Positions 8,122 through 17,598 of a stretch of DNA of 40,130 nucleotides are shown piece after piece. Numbering within the stretch: the first letter of the stretch is position 1; every line of letters begins with the position of its first letter. The notes under the pieces were generated by a model. That model was not told the DNA's origin. It did not search any database and was given only the letters and a program-made list of their open reading frames with translations. Origin of the DNA: Candidatus Scatovivens sp. (GTDB lineage Bacteria > Bacillota > Clostridia > TANB77 > CAG-508); the NCBI GenBank assembly GCA_045646345.1, contig JAZRKN010000004.1:1-40130 (forward strand), read 5' to 3'. The translations under genes and the position numbers were made by a program.

Positions 8122-9399
8122 ATGGCTAGAATAGTACCAATAACAGTGTTGACAGGATATTTAGGTGCTGGAAAAACAACTTTAATAAATCATGTTTTAA
8201 ATAATCAAGAAGGCTATAAAGTTGCTGTTATAGTAAATGATATAGGTGAAGTAAATATAGATGCAGAATTAATTCAAAAAGGTGGAGTAGTAAAAGAGGA
8301 AGATAGCAATTTAGTTCCTTTAAGTAATGGATGTATTTGTTGCACATTAAAAGTTGATTTAATGAAACAAATAGGAGAACTTGTTAGAACAGGGAAATTC
8401 GATTATATTTTAATTGAAGCTAGTGGGATTTGCGAACCACTTCCAATTGCTCAAACAATAACTGTCTTAGAAGAACAAACAAAAGCTCATAATATGCCAG
8501 TGAGTTGCAGATTAGACAATGTTGTAACTGTAGTAGATGCAGCTAGACTTGTATATGAATTTGGAGCTGGAGAAAATTTAGCAAAAAAAGATATTGAAGA
8601 AGAGGATATTGAAAATCTTTTAATTCAACAAATTGAATTTTGTTCAACTATCATAATAAATAAAGTTGATGAAGTATCAGAAGAAGAATTGAATAAGGTA
8701 AGAAATGTTGTTAGAGCATTACAACCTGTTGCAAAAATAATAGAAACAAATTATGCAAAAGTAGATGTTAAAGAAATAATAGATACTCATAATTTTGATT
8801 ATGAAAAAACTTTAACTTCAGCAGGATGGTTCAAAGAATTATCAAGAGAAGACAATGAAGAGGATATTGAAGATGAATGTCATCATGAAGAACACGAACA
8901 TCATCATGAACATGACGAAGACGAACATTGTAAAGAATGTGAAAAAGAAGGGCATAATCATAATCATGAACACCATCACCATCACCATCACCATCATCAT
9001 CACCATCATCACCATGATGAAGGTGAAGCTGAAGAATATGGTATAGGAACTTTTGTATATACTAGAAGAAAACCAATCAATAGAAATAAATTCGAAGAGT
9101 ATGTAAATTTCAAATGGAGAAAAAATATTATTAGATGTAAGGGTATAGTATGGTTCTCTGATGACAATGAAATGTCTTATGTTTTTGAACAAGCAGGAAA
9201 CCAAATGCAACTGACAGAAGGTGGATATTGGCTAGCAACTGCTCCTGAAAACGAACTAAAAATGATGGTTAATGAAAATCCAGATCTTTTAAAAGGTTGG
9301 GATGAAGAAGTTGGAGATAGAATAATAAAATTAGTATTTATTGGTCAAAAATTAGAAAAAGAAGAAATTAAAAGAGAATTAGATAACTTATTAGATTAA
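8122..9399 (+). CDS. COG0523/CobW-family G3E GTPase metallochaperone with a His-rich insert
   Basis: GYLGAGKTT, GCICC (CxCC), IEASG, NKVD, CobW_C-like IIRCKG...LVFIG. TTGAAA-17-TATAAT promoter at 8040-8068. Confidence 0.95.
   Translation: MARIVPITVLTGYLGAGKTTLINHVLNNQEGYKVAVIVNDIGEVNIDAELIQKGGVVKEEDSNLVPLSNGCICCTLKVDLMKQIGELVRTGKFDYILIEASGICEPLPIAQTITVLEEQTKAHNMPVSCRLDNVVTVVDAARLVYEFGAGENLAKKDIEEEDIENLLIQQIEFCSTIIINKVDEVSEEELNKVRNVVRALQPVAKIIETNYAKVDVKEIIDTHNFDYEKTLTSAGWFKELSREDNEEDIEDECHHEEHEHHHEHDEDEHCKECEKEGHNHNHEHHHHHHHHHHHHHHHDEGEAEEYGIGTFVYTRRKPINRNKFEEYVNFKWRKNIIRCKGIVWFSDDNEMSYVFEQAGNQMQLTEGGYWLATAPENELKMMVNENPDLLKGWDEEVGDRIIKLVFIGQKLEKEEIKRELDNLLD
8971..9015 (+). repeat. (CAY)15 poly-histidine-coding repeat
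   Basis: 15 consecutive CAC/CAT codons. Confidence 0.9.
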
Positions 9400-9421
9400 T
9401 TTAAGGCGAGGAGGAAAATAT

Positions 9422-10036
9422 ATGGTAATTACTATTGGAAGAGAATTCGGTAGCGGTGGTAAATATATAGGAGAACGCCTAGCTGATGAATTAAATTTGA
9501 AATTATATGATAAAGAATTACTAGAAAAAGTTTCAGAAGAATCTGGAATGGATTTGACTGCATTAGAAGAAATGGATGAAAAACAAGAGCAAAGCTTTTG
9601 GTATACTTTTGCAATGTCAATGTATTCTCAAGACAGCATAGAAACTATAAGTGAAATTCCATCAAATGAAAAAATATTTATTGAACAAGCTAAAATAATA
9701 GAAGAATTGGCAAAGAAAGAAGACTGCATTATAATTGGAAGATGTTCAAATGTTATTTTGAAAAACAACCCAAATGTTTTGAATGTTTTCATTTATTCTT
9801 CTGAATTAGATTTTAAAGTAAAAAGAAAAATGAAATATGATAATTTTAAAACAGAACTTGAAGCAATAAAAGCTATTGATAATATTGATAGAGAAAGAAG
9901 AAATTATTATAATTATTTCACCAAAGAGAGTTGGGGAGATAGAAAATATTATGACTTAATGATTGATACTTCAAAAATAGGAGTAGATGGGGCTGTTGAA
10001 TTGATAAAGGAATATTTAAAATTAAAGCAAGCATAA
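9422..10036 (+). CDS. Cytidylate kinase-like family protein
   Basis: VITIGREFGSGG, IIGRC, DRERRNYYNYFT, YDLMIDTS. Confidence 0.9.
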   Translation: MVITIGREFGSGGKYIGERLADELNLKLYDKELLEKVSEESGMDLTALEEMDEKQEQSFWYTFAMSMYSQDSIETISEIPSNEKIFIEQAKIIEELAKKEDCIIIGRCSNVILKNNPNVLNVFIYSSELDFKVKRKMKYDNFKTELEAIKAIDNIDRERRNYYNYFTKESWGDRKYYDLMIDTSKIGVDGAVELIKEYLKLKQA

Positions 10037-10086
10037 TTAATTTGTAATATTCTAAAGATAAAATAAAATGATTAGAGGTAAAAAAA

Positions 10087-11961
10087 TTGGAAGAAAATAG
10101 AAAAAGTATCATAAGTGACGAAGAATTAACAATCAATCTTAATGGTGATAATTCTGAAGTTGAAATTAAAAGACCAATTGGCAAAAGAACAGCAAGAAGA
10201 GAGGCAGAAAAGAAGTCTTCTAGAATCGGTAAAAAACAAAAAAAATCAAAAGAAAAGAAGAAATGGTCTAAGAAAAAAGTTGCTATAATTATAATAAGTA
10301 TTTTAGCAATATTAATTGCGATTGCAGGAATCGTATTTGGTAGATATGTATATAAAGCTGGTGGTGACGTTAAACAAGCAGCGATAACTATGACAAAAGA
10401 TGTTGCTACAACAATTGTAGGAAAAGATGAACCTATATTTGTCTTAGTGCTTGGTATTAGTGAAGATATAACAAGCAAATTAACTGATACAATAATTTTA
10501 GCAGGCTATAATCCAGAAACGCAAAAAGCATTTATGGTTTCAATTCCAAGAGATACTTTCGTTGGAACAAATGAAGCTTATGCTAGTGGATGGGATAAAA
10601 TTAATGCATTATATCAAAAAGATATATCAAAAACAATTAAAGCAGTTGAAGAACGTACAGGTATAAATATAGATAAATATGTTGTTGTTAGAAATACAAT
10701 GTTACCAGCAATGGTAGAAGCTATTGGAGAAGTTGATTTTGATGTTCCAATTGATATGGATTATGATGATCCAACTCAAGATTTACACATACATTTAAAA
10801 GCTGGTCTTCAAAAAATAAATGGAGATAAAGCAGAACAACTATTAAGATTTAGACATAACAATAATGGAACTTCATATCCATCTTCTTGGGGAGACAACG
10901 ATTATGGAAGAATGAGAACTCAAAGAGAATTTATTAAAGCTGTAGCTAAAAAACTAATATCTCTAGATAATGTAACTAATGTTAAAGCAATTGCAGAAGC
11001 TGTATTTGCTAACTTAGAAACAAATATGTCTATTGGTGATTTGATAGGATATATTCCTTATGCTATTGATTTTAATGTTGATGATATCAGAATGGAACAA
11101 TTACCAGGATCTGGTGCAATGTTAAACAAATTATCATTCTATAAAGCAAGTCATACTCGTTCTAAAAAATTAATGGATGATTTGATAGAATATTTAGGGT
11201 TAGATGCAAAAGAAACTAAAAAATATTATACAGGAAAAATCAAACAAACCGTTGCGGCAACACCTGAAGCAGAAAAAGAAGATGCATGCGAACATAATTA
11301 TACTTCTGAAATAACAAAAGAAGCTACATGTAAAGAAGTTGGAATTAGAAAATATTCATGTTCGTTGTGTAATAGTACTTATGAAGAAGAGATTGCAAAA
11401 TCTAACCATGACTATAACGAAGGAGATATATGTATATTATGTAATACTCCAAAACCAACAGATGATCATACCCACAATTATGTTGTTTTAGATTATTTAA
11501 TTATAGATTCAACATGTATATTACCAGGATCAGCAATTTATAAATGTGATACTTGTACAAAAACATTGGAAAAACCTATAAAAGTCAAAGAACATGTATA
11601 CGGTGCTGACGGAAAATGTACAACGACAGGATGTACAGCCAAAAAAGAGGTTGGAAACACAGTTCCTAGCGAACCCGTTGTTCCAGAAGAACCAACGCCA
11701 GAAAAACCATCACATACACATTCATTTACAGGAACAATAACAACAAAACCAACTTGTACTACTACAGGTGTAAAGACATATACTTGTTCATGTGGTGAAG
11801 GAACATATACAGAAGAGGTAAAAGCAACAGGACATAATTTTACAGATACAACAAAACCAACTTGCGCTAATTGTCCAGAACCAAATGTAAACTATGTACC
11901 ACCAGTAGAAACAACACCACCGCCACAAGCGCCAACAACAGAGCCTGAACCAGGAGTATAG
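10087..11961 (+). CDS. LCP (LytR-CpsA-Psr) family cell-wall polymer ligase with C-terminal His/Cys repeats and a Pro-rich tail
   Basis: Basic N-terminus followed by a TM helix; TDTIIL, SIPRDT, KINALY, LRFRH, DYGRMRTQ; repeats at about 11287-11880. Confidence 0.9.
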   Translation: MEENRKSIISDEELTINLNGDNSEVEIKRPIGKRTARREAEKKSSRIGKKQKKSKEKKKWSKKKVAIIIISILAILIAIAGIVFGRYVYKAGGDVKQAAITMTKDVATTIVGKDEPIFVLVLGISEDITSKLTDTIILAGYNPETQKAFMVSIPRDTFVGTNEAYASGWDKINALYQKDISKTIKAVEERTGINIDKYVVVRNTMLPAMVEAIGEVDFDVPIDMDYDDPTQDLHIHLKAGLQKINGDKAEQLLRFRHNNNGTSYPSSWGDNDYGRMRTQREFIKAVAKKLISLDNVTNVKAIAEAVFANLETNMSIGDLIGYIPYAIDFNVDDIRMEQLPGSGAMLNKLSFYKASHTRSKKLMDDLIEYLGLDAKETKKYYTGKIKQTVAATPEAEKEDACEHNYTSEITKEATCKEVGIRKYSCSLCNSTYEEEIAKSNHDYNEGDICILCNTPKPTDDHTHNYVVLDYLIIDSTCILPGSAIYKCDTCTKTLEKPIKVKEHVYGADGKCTTTGCTAKKEVGNTVPSEPVVPEEPTPEKPSHTHSFTGTITTKPTCTTTGVKTYTCSCGEGTYTEEVKATGHNFTDTTKPTCANCPEPNVNYVPPVETTPPPQAPTTEPEPGV

Positions 11962-11969
11962 ATATAAAT

Positions 11970-11998
11970 AAAATCCCTTTCAAAAGAAAGGGATTTTT
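11970..11998 (+). terminator. Rho-independent terminator
   Basis: AAAATCCCTTTC-aaaa-GAAAGGGATTTT. Confidence 0.85.
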
Positions 11999-12120
11999 GT
12001 TGTATAAAATAAGAATAAATCATATAAAATTAATATTAAACTCATGCTTATTCTATTGTAAAAAGAATTGATTAATGATAATATATAAATGAAAAAATAT
12101 CGTTTAAAGGGGTTATAAAA

Positions 12121-12651
12121 ATGTTAAATAGAATAGCTATTGTTGGTGCTCCAGGTACAGGCAAAACAACACTTGCAAATATTTTATCAGAAATTTATAA
12201 CATACCAGCAACTCATATTGATGGAATACATCATTTGGAAAATTGGGTTATAAGAGAACAAGAAGAACGAGATAAGATTATTTTGGAAATTGTTCAGAAA
12301 GATAAATGGATAATCGATGGTACTTACAAATCGACTATAAGAGCTAGGTTTGAAAGAGCAGAACTTATAATATGGCTAGATTTTTCTACAGTTGCTCAGA
12401 TAAAAGGAGTAATGGGAAGATATCTTAAAAATAAAGGTATTGAAAAACCAGAGATTCCGGGTTGTAAAGAAAAAATGGATAGAGAATTTTTTAATTATGT
12501 TCTTAAATACAATAAAAATAAAAGAAAATTTATTGTAGATAATTTAAATGGGATTGAAAAAGAAAAAATAATAGTTTTCAAAAATAGACATCAAGTAAAT
12601 AGTTGGATTAAAAAATTAAAACAAAATATGATAGGAGAAAATAATATTTAA
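12121..12651 (+). CDS. FlaR / topology-modulation-like P-loop kinase
   Basis: IVGAPGTGKTT, WIIDGTY, RAELIIWLDF, PGCKEKMD. Confidence 0.85.
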   Translation: MLNRIAIVGAPGTGKTTLANILSEIYNIPATHIDGIHHLENWVIREQEERDKIILEIVQKDKWIIDGTYKSTIRARFERAELIIWLDFSTVAQIKGVMGRYLKNKGIEKPEIPGCKEKMDREFFNYVLKYNKNKRKFIVDNLNGIEKEKIIVFKNRHQVNSWIKKLKQNMIGENNI

Positions 12652-12653
12652 AA

Positions 12654-14183
12654 ATGGCGAAAAAAAGTATTGCAAAAAATTATATATATAACATGATTTA
12701 TCAAGTGCTTATACTAATATTACCACTTGTAACAACACCATATTTATCAAGGGTTTTAGGAGCAGAGGGAATAGGAATATATGGTTACACATATTCAATT
12801 GTTACATATTTTATTTTGTTTGGGTCACTTGGTGTTGCCATGTATGGCCAAAGAGAAATTGCATATGCTCAAGAAAATACAGAAGCGCGAAAAAAAGTAT
12901 TTTTTGAAATAATAATTTTTAGATTTATAACAATAGCCTTTGCAACAGTATTTTACTATTTCTTTTTTATTAAAGGTGCGGAATATCAAATCTATTATCA
13001 AATTTTGCTGTTGGAATTAATTGCTGCAGCTTTTGATATCAGTTGGTTTTTCCAAGGAATGGAAGAATTCAAGAGAACTGTTACAAGAAATGTTTTGGTT
13101 AGAATTTGTAGTGTAAGTTTAGTTTTTATACTAGTAAAAACTAAAGAAGATTTAGCAAAATTTACATTAATATATTCTTTAGCGGATTTGATTGGTAATC
13201 TATCTTTGTGGTTATATGTTCCTAAATATATAAAGGGTGCTAAAGTAAAAAATTTAAATGTTTTAAGACATTTACCACAAATTACATTACTATTTATTCC
13301 ACAAATAGCAAATCAAATATATAAAATATTAGATACAACTATGATTGGAGCATTGATTGTAGACAAAGCTGAAACGGGATATTATGAACAAGGACAAAAA
13401 GTAATTCGTTTACTATTAACAATTGTTACTTCTCTTGGAGTTGTTATGGTTCCAAGGATGGCTAGTACTTATGCCAGCGGAGATAACGAAAAAATTAAAA
13501 GTTATATGAAAATGTCATTTAGGTTTGTATTTTTCTTGGCTTTTCCAATAATGTTTGGAATAATGAGCATTTCAGATGCGTTTGTTCCAGTATTTTTTGG
13601 AACAGGATATGATAAAGTTGTAATATTAATAAATATTATTTGTCCAATATTAATTTTAATGGGAATGGCAAATGTACTAGGAACACAATATTTGTTACCA
13701 ACGAAACGTCAAAAAGAATATACAATTTCTGTTACTGTTGGTGTTATAGCAAACTTTTTATTAAATTATATTTTAATAAAACAATATGCATCAATAGGAG
13801 CATCAATAGCAACTGTATTATCAGAACTAATAGTAGTTGCTATACAATTTCAATATATTAAAAAAGACATCTCATTTAAGGAGCTTTTACAAATGGCATG
13901 GAAATATCTTGCTTCTGGAATAGTAATGTTCGTAGTGTGCTTTGTAGTTCGTTTTATTATAAAATTTGAAACAATAAATGTTATGTTAGTTAATATATCA
14001 AATTCAATAACAATGAATCAAACTTATTTTATAAATATAGCATCAATAATTAGTCAGATGCTAGTTGGAATGCTAACATATTTTGGTATGTTAATTTTCT
14101 TAAAAGATGACTATGTGTTTAAATTTATAGATAAAATAAAAGCAAAGCTTTTTAAGAAAAAAGAAGCAACAGAAAACAAATAA
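12654..14183 (+). CDS. Polysaccharide/teichoic acid flippase (Wzx, MOP superfamily)
   Basis: NYIYNMIYQVL...PYLSRVLG, DISWFFQGMEEF, DTTMIG; many TM helices. Confidence 0.92.
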   Translation: MAKKSIAKNYIYNMIYQVLILILPLVTTPYLSRVLGAEGIGIYGYTYSIVTYFILFGSLGVAMYGQREIAYAQENTEARKKVFFEIIIFRFITIAFATVFYYFFFIKGAEYQIYYQILLLELIAAAFDISWFFQGMEEFKRTVTRNVLVRICSVSLVFILVKTKEDLAKFTLIYSLADLIGNLSLWLYVPKYIKGAKVKNLNVLRHLPQITLLFIPQIANQIYKILDTTMIGALIVDKAETGYYEQGQKVIRLLLTIVTSLGVVMVPRMASTYASGDNEKIKSYMKMSFRFVFFLAFPIMFGIMSISDAFVPVFFGTGYDKVVILINIICPILILMGMANVLGTQYLLPTKRQKEYTISVTVGVIANFLLNYILIKQYASIGASIATVLSELIVVAIQFQYIKKDISFKELLQMAWKYLASGIVMFVVCFVVRFIIKFETINVMLVNISNSITMNQTYFINIASIISQMLVGMLTYFGMLIFLKDDYVFKFIDKIKAKLFKKKEATENK

Positions 14184-14201
14184 TTAAGAATAGGGAAAAT
14201 T

Positions 14202-14813
14202 ATGGAAAACAAAAAAGTATTAGCAATTTTTGGAGGATCTTTTAATCCACCATTAAACTCTCATTTTTCGTTAGCAGAGCAAATGCTTAATGAATACGAA
14301 AATATTGAAAAAGTAATATTTGTACCAGTAAGTTCAAAATATAATAAAAAAGGATTATTAGAGAATCATCATAGATACAATATGTTAAAAATGGTGTGTG
14401 ATAAAAATGATGAGTTTGATGTATCTGATATAGAATTAATACAAGCAAACCAATTGCACACATTAGAGACACTAGAATTACTAGAGAAAGAATACCCAGA
14501 GTATGAACTGTGTTTTACAATTGGAACAGATAACTTAAGGGATATTCCTAACTGGGGAACTCCTGAAATTCTTCTTTCTAAATTTAAGATTCTTGTAATA
14601 GAACGTGATGAAGACATAATGGATGAAATAATAGAAAAAGATGAATTTTTGAAAGAACATAAAGACTCTTTTATAAAAGTTAAAGAAAATATTAGGAGTA
14701 ATATTAGCTCAACTTTTGTAAGAGAAAAAATAAAAAGAGGAAAAAGTATCAGATATTTAACTCCTGATGAAGTGTATTATTATATAAAAGATAATAACTT
14801 ATATAATTATTAA
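14202..14813 (+). CDS. nadD: Nicotinate-nucleotide adenylyltransferase
   Basis: IFGGSFNPP(LNSH), HRYNML, FTIGTDN, NISSTFVRE, VYYYIKDNNLY. Confidence 0.9.
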   Translation: MENKKVLAIFGGSFNPPLNSHFSLAEQMLNEYENIEKVIFVPVSSKYNKKGLLENHHRYNMLKMVCDKNDEFDVSDIELIQANQLHTLETLELLEKEYPEYELCFTIGTDNLRDIPNWGTPEILLSKFKILVIERDEDIMDEIIEKDEFLKEHKDSFIKVKENIRSNISSTFVREKIKRGKSIRYLTPDEVYYYIKDNNLYNY

Positions 14814-14859
14814 ATATATTTATAAATTGATGAACCATATAACAAAAGGAGGATTTGAA

Positions 14860-14952
14860 ATGAACAAGAAATCTTTACTTTTTAAAACGATTCATGCAAT
14901 ACTTATTTTATTTAAAACTTCAAGTAGCAGAGCAAAACGATTTTTAGAATAA
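14860..14952 (+). CDS. Putative 30-aa small protein (possibly the 5' part of a frameshifted gene)
   Basis: Strong AAAGGAGG RBS 7 nt before ATG; reads MNKKSLLFKTIHAILILFKTSSSRAKRFLE*. Below the ORF-track length cut-off. Confidence 0.45.
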   Translation: MNKKSLLFKTIHAILILFKTSSSRAKRFLE

Positions 14953-15036
14953 CTTTAAAAAAATTGAAGTAAATGTACTTTGTGAGGCATCTAAAATATG
15001 CCATTATTTAATGCGGCTTAAAGAAGGAGAGCTTTA

Positions 15037-15849
15037 ATGAAAACAATTTATTTAATTTTTAAAATACTAATTGTTTCATTATTAGTGATTTCAACTTTTA
15101 TAACTGGAATAGTTATAAATCAAAAAAGAGAAGAACTACAATTGGAAATTGCCACAAAACAAAATGAAAAATTAGTATCGAACGAGAATAAAATTTTAGA
15201 TAAAAAATCACTAGACGAAAAAAAATCTAGCGATTTAAAAGTGGTGCTTTCAGGAGAAAAAGTACAAGTTATAACTGAAATTTCTGATTGGAAAATAATG
15301 CTTGTGAATACTGAAAATCCTTTGCCTGAAGATTTTGAAGTAGAACTAGCAAATTATGATAGATCAAGACAATTTGATGCTAGAGCAATTGGTGAATTAA
15401 CACAGATGATTAAAGATATGAAGACAGAAGGGGCATCTAATATTTGGATACAATCTGCATATAGATCAGTTGAATACCAAAAAAGATTGTTTGATAACAA
15501 AGTGCAAGAATTTATTAATATGGGAAAAACGAGAGAACAAGCAGAAATATATGCTTCAAGATGGGTAAATAAATCAGAAACCAGCGAACATCATTTAGGA
15601 CTAGCAGTTGATTTTAATAATGTAAAACCAGACTTCGAAAATACAAAAGAATTTCAATGGTTAACTGAAAATGCAGAAAAATATGGTTTTATTTTGCGAT
15701 ATAGAAAAGACAAAAAAGAAATAACTGGTGTGGGATATGAACCGTGGCATTGGAGATATGTAGGTGTTGAACATGCAAAAAAAATAAACGAATTAGATAT
15801 GTGTTTAGAAGAATATGTTGAATTTTTAAAAGTTGATAATAAAAAATAA
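15037..15849 (+). CDS. M15B/VanY-type D-Ala-D-Ala carboxypeptidase, membrane anchored
   Basis: N-terminal TM helix; SAYRS, SEHHLGLAVD, YGFILRY, YEPWHWRYVG. Confidence 0.93.
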   Translation: MKTIYLIFKILIVSLLVISTFITGIVINQKREELQLEIATKQNEKLVSNENKILDKKSLDEKKSSDLKVVLSGEKVQVITEISDWKIMLVNTENPLPEDFEVELANYDRSRQFDARAIGELTQMIKDMKTEGASNIWIQSAYRSVEYQKRLFDNKVQEFINMGKTREQAEIYASRWVNKSETSEHHLGLAVDFNNVKPDFENTKEFQWLTENAEKYGFILRYRKDKKEITGVGYEPWHWRYVGVEHAKKINELDMCLEEYVEFLKVDNKK

Positions 15850-15876
15850 ATGCATAAAAACAAAGGAGTAATCTAT

Positions 15877-16644
15877 ATGTTAGAATATACAAGATTAATA
15901 CAAGAAGCAGAAAATGCAATAAATTGGATAAGGGAGTATGTTGAAAATACCGGAGCTAAAGGAGTAGTGATAGGAAATAGTGGCGGAAAAGATTCTGCTA
16001 CAGTTATTGCAATGGCGACTAAAGCTTTAGGAAAAGATAGAGTGTTAACAATAGCTATGCCTTGCAATTCAATTCAAGCAGATTTAGAAGATGCCAAATT
16101 AGTTTCAGAAACTTTTGATGTTAAATTTTTAAAAATAGATTTAACTGATAGCTATAATATTCTTGAAAATTCAATAAATAATGAAATTTCTAATATAGAA
16201 TTAGAGTTAAATCAAGAAGCAAAAGTGAATATAAAACCACGAATGAGAATGCTTACTTTATATGGAGTAGCTCAAAGTTTAGGATATTTAGTTATTGGAA
16301 CGGGAAACCTTTGTGAAAGAATGGTCGGATATACAACAAAATGGGGAGATAGTGCTTCTGACTTTAATCCGCTAGCAAATTTTACTGTTGATGAAGTTTT
16401 AGCAATTGGAGAATACTTAGGAGTTCCTGATAAAATAATTCATAAAGCTCCAGCAGACGGTTTAGGAACTTTAACTGATGAAGAAAAAATGGGAGTTACT
16501 TATAAACAAATTGCAGAATATATAGAAACAGGAAAAACAGATTTAATAGCAATGGAAATAATAGAAAGAAAAAACAAAAATTCTAAACATAAAAGACAAC
16601 CAGTACCATTTTATGAATTTGAAAGAAAAATCTTTTTAGATTAG
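15877..16644 (+). CDS. nadE: NH3-dependent NAD+ synthetase
   Basis: GNSGGKDS, NIKPRMRM, GYTTKWGD, KAPADGL...TDEEKMG; no glutaminase domain. Start at ATG 15877 after AAGGAG. Confidence 0.95.
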   Translation: MLEYTRLIQEAENAINWIREYVENTGAKGVVIGNSGGKDSATVIAMATKALGKDRVLTIAMPCNSIQADLEDAKLVSETFDVKFLKIDLTDSYNILENSINNEISNIELELNQEAKVNIKPRMRMLTLYGVAQSLGYLVIGTGNLCERMVGYTTKWGDSASDFNPLANFTVDEVLAIGEYLGVPDKIIHKAPADGLGTLTDEEKMGVTYKQIAEYIETGKTDLIAMEIIERKNKNSKHKRQPVPFYEFERKIFLD

Positions 16645-16652
16645 GAGTTTTT

Positions 16653-17510
16653 ATGGACAAAAGATTAGAAAAAAGTTTAGAAATAAATACAGGAATAACA
16701 GAAGAATTTGAAGAACTTTCAAAAGATTGTTTTGAACGTATTTTTGATATGCTTGGTAAAAAGAATTTTGAAAGATGGATAAATAAAAGGCAATTAGCAC
16801 CAAGAATTAAAGAACTTGTAATTGAATCGATGGATGATAAAGAAAGAAGAGATAATCCTCATTGGGGCGGATATTATACAAGAGGAACAAATAGAATAAG
16901 ATTGGGCCAAAAATCAAGAGATGTTGCTACCCATGAAAAATTTCACTTTATGACAGACAATGGTGGAAATTTCTCGACTTTTATAGATGAAGGATTAACA
17001 GAATATTTAAAAAGCTTAGTAGAAGGAAGAGAAACTTCTTACATAGAAAATGTTGCTGTAGTTAAATTTTTGCACTATGTATGTGGTGATTCAATAATAA
17101 AAGCATATTTGTTAGGAAATGTGAGTGTTTTTGATAATAAAATTATTTCTCTTTTGTCAGATAAGAATGGATCAGACGGATCACATGAAAGAAAAAAACT
17201 TGAAGAATTTTACGAAAACCTAAATTTGTTTCACGAATATAAATCTGCAGAATTAAAATACGAACAAGCATTGAATTCTGAAGAGAACGATTATTCTGAT
17301 GCAGAACTTGAAGATATGGAAGAAAGAGTTTTTGAATTAAAGCAACAATATGTACATGTTGAATACGATGTGTTTTCAATGTTCGAAGAGATAGCTGTTG
17401 CAAAGATATCTAAAATGGCTAAAGACTATGAGTTTTATAAAGACGGAGCTTTAGATGTTGTTTTGATAAACAGAACTATATCTGATATGTTACGGAAAGT
17501 TACCAATTAA
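16653..17510 (+). CDS. N-terminal part of a large protein: gluzincin-type zinc metallopeptidase domain
   Basis: VATHEKFH (HExxH) followed by FIDEGLTEYL; AGGAG RBS. Probably continues into 17494..19392 by a +1 frameshift. Confidence 0.7.
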   Translation: MDKRLEKSLEINTGITEEFEELSKDCFERIFDMLGKKNFERWINKRQLAPRIKELVIESMDDKERRDNPHWGGYYTRGTNRIRLGQKSRDVATHEKFHFMTDNGGNFSTFIDEGLTEYLKSLVEGRETSYIENVAVVKFLHYVCGDSIIKAYLLGNVSVFDNKIISLLSDKNGSDGSHERKKLEEFYENLNLFHEYKSAELKYEQALNSEENDYSDAELEDMEERVFELKQQYVHVEYDVFSMFEEIAVAKISKMAKDYEFYKDGALDVVLINRTISDMLRKVTN

Positions 17511-17598
17511 TCACTTTGTAACTAGTTTTTTAGCAATAGGATTTCTTAAAAAAAGAGTAGCAAATGTTGCAACAAGAGAGATTATTGAAAACAGTCAT

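Noticed and set aside
8842-9210. Alternative-frame ORFs 8842..9210(-) and 8855..9046(+)
   Set aside because: They are by-products of the His-coding CAY repeat inside the COG0523 gene.
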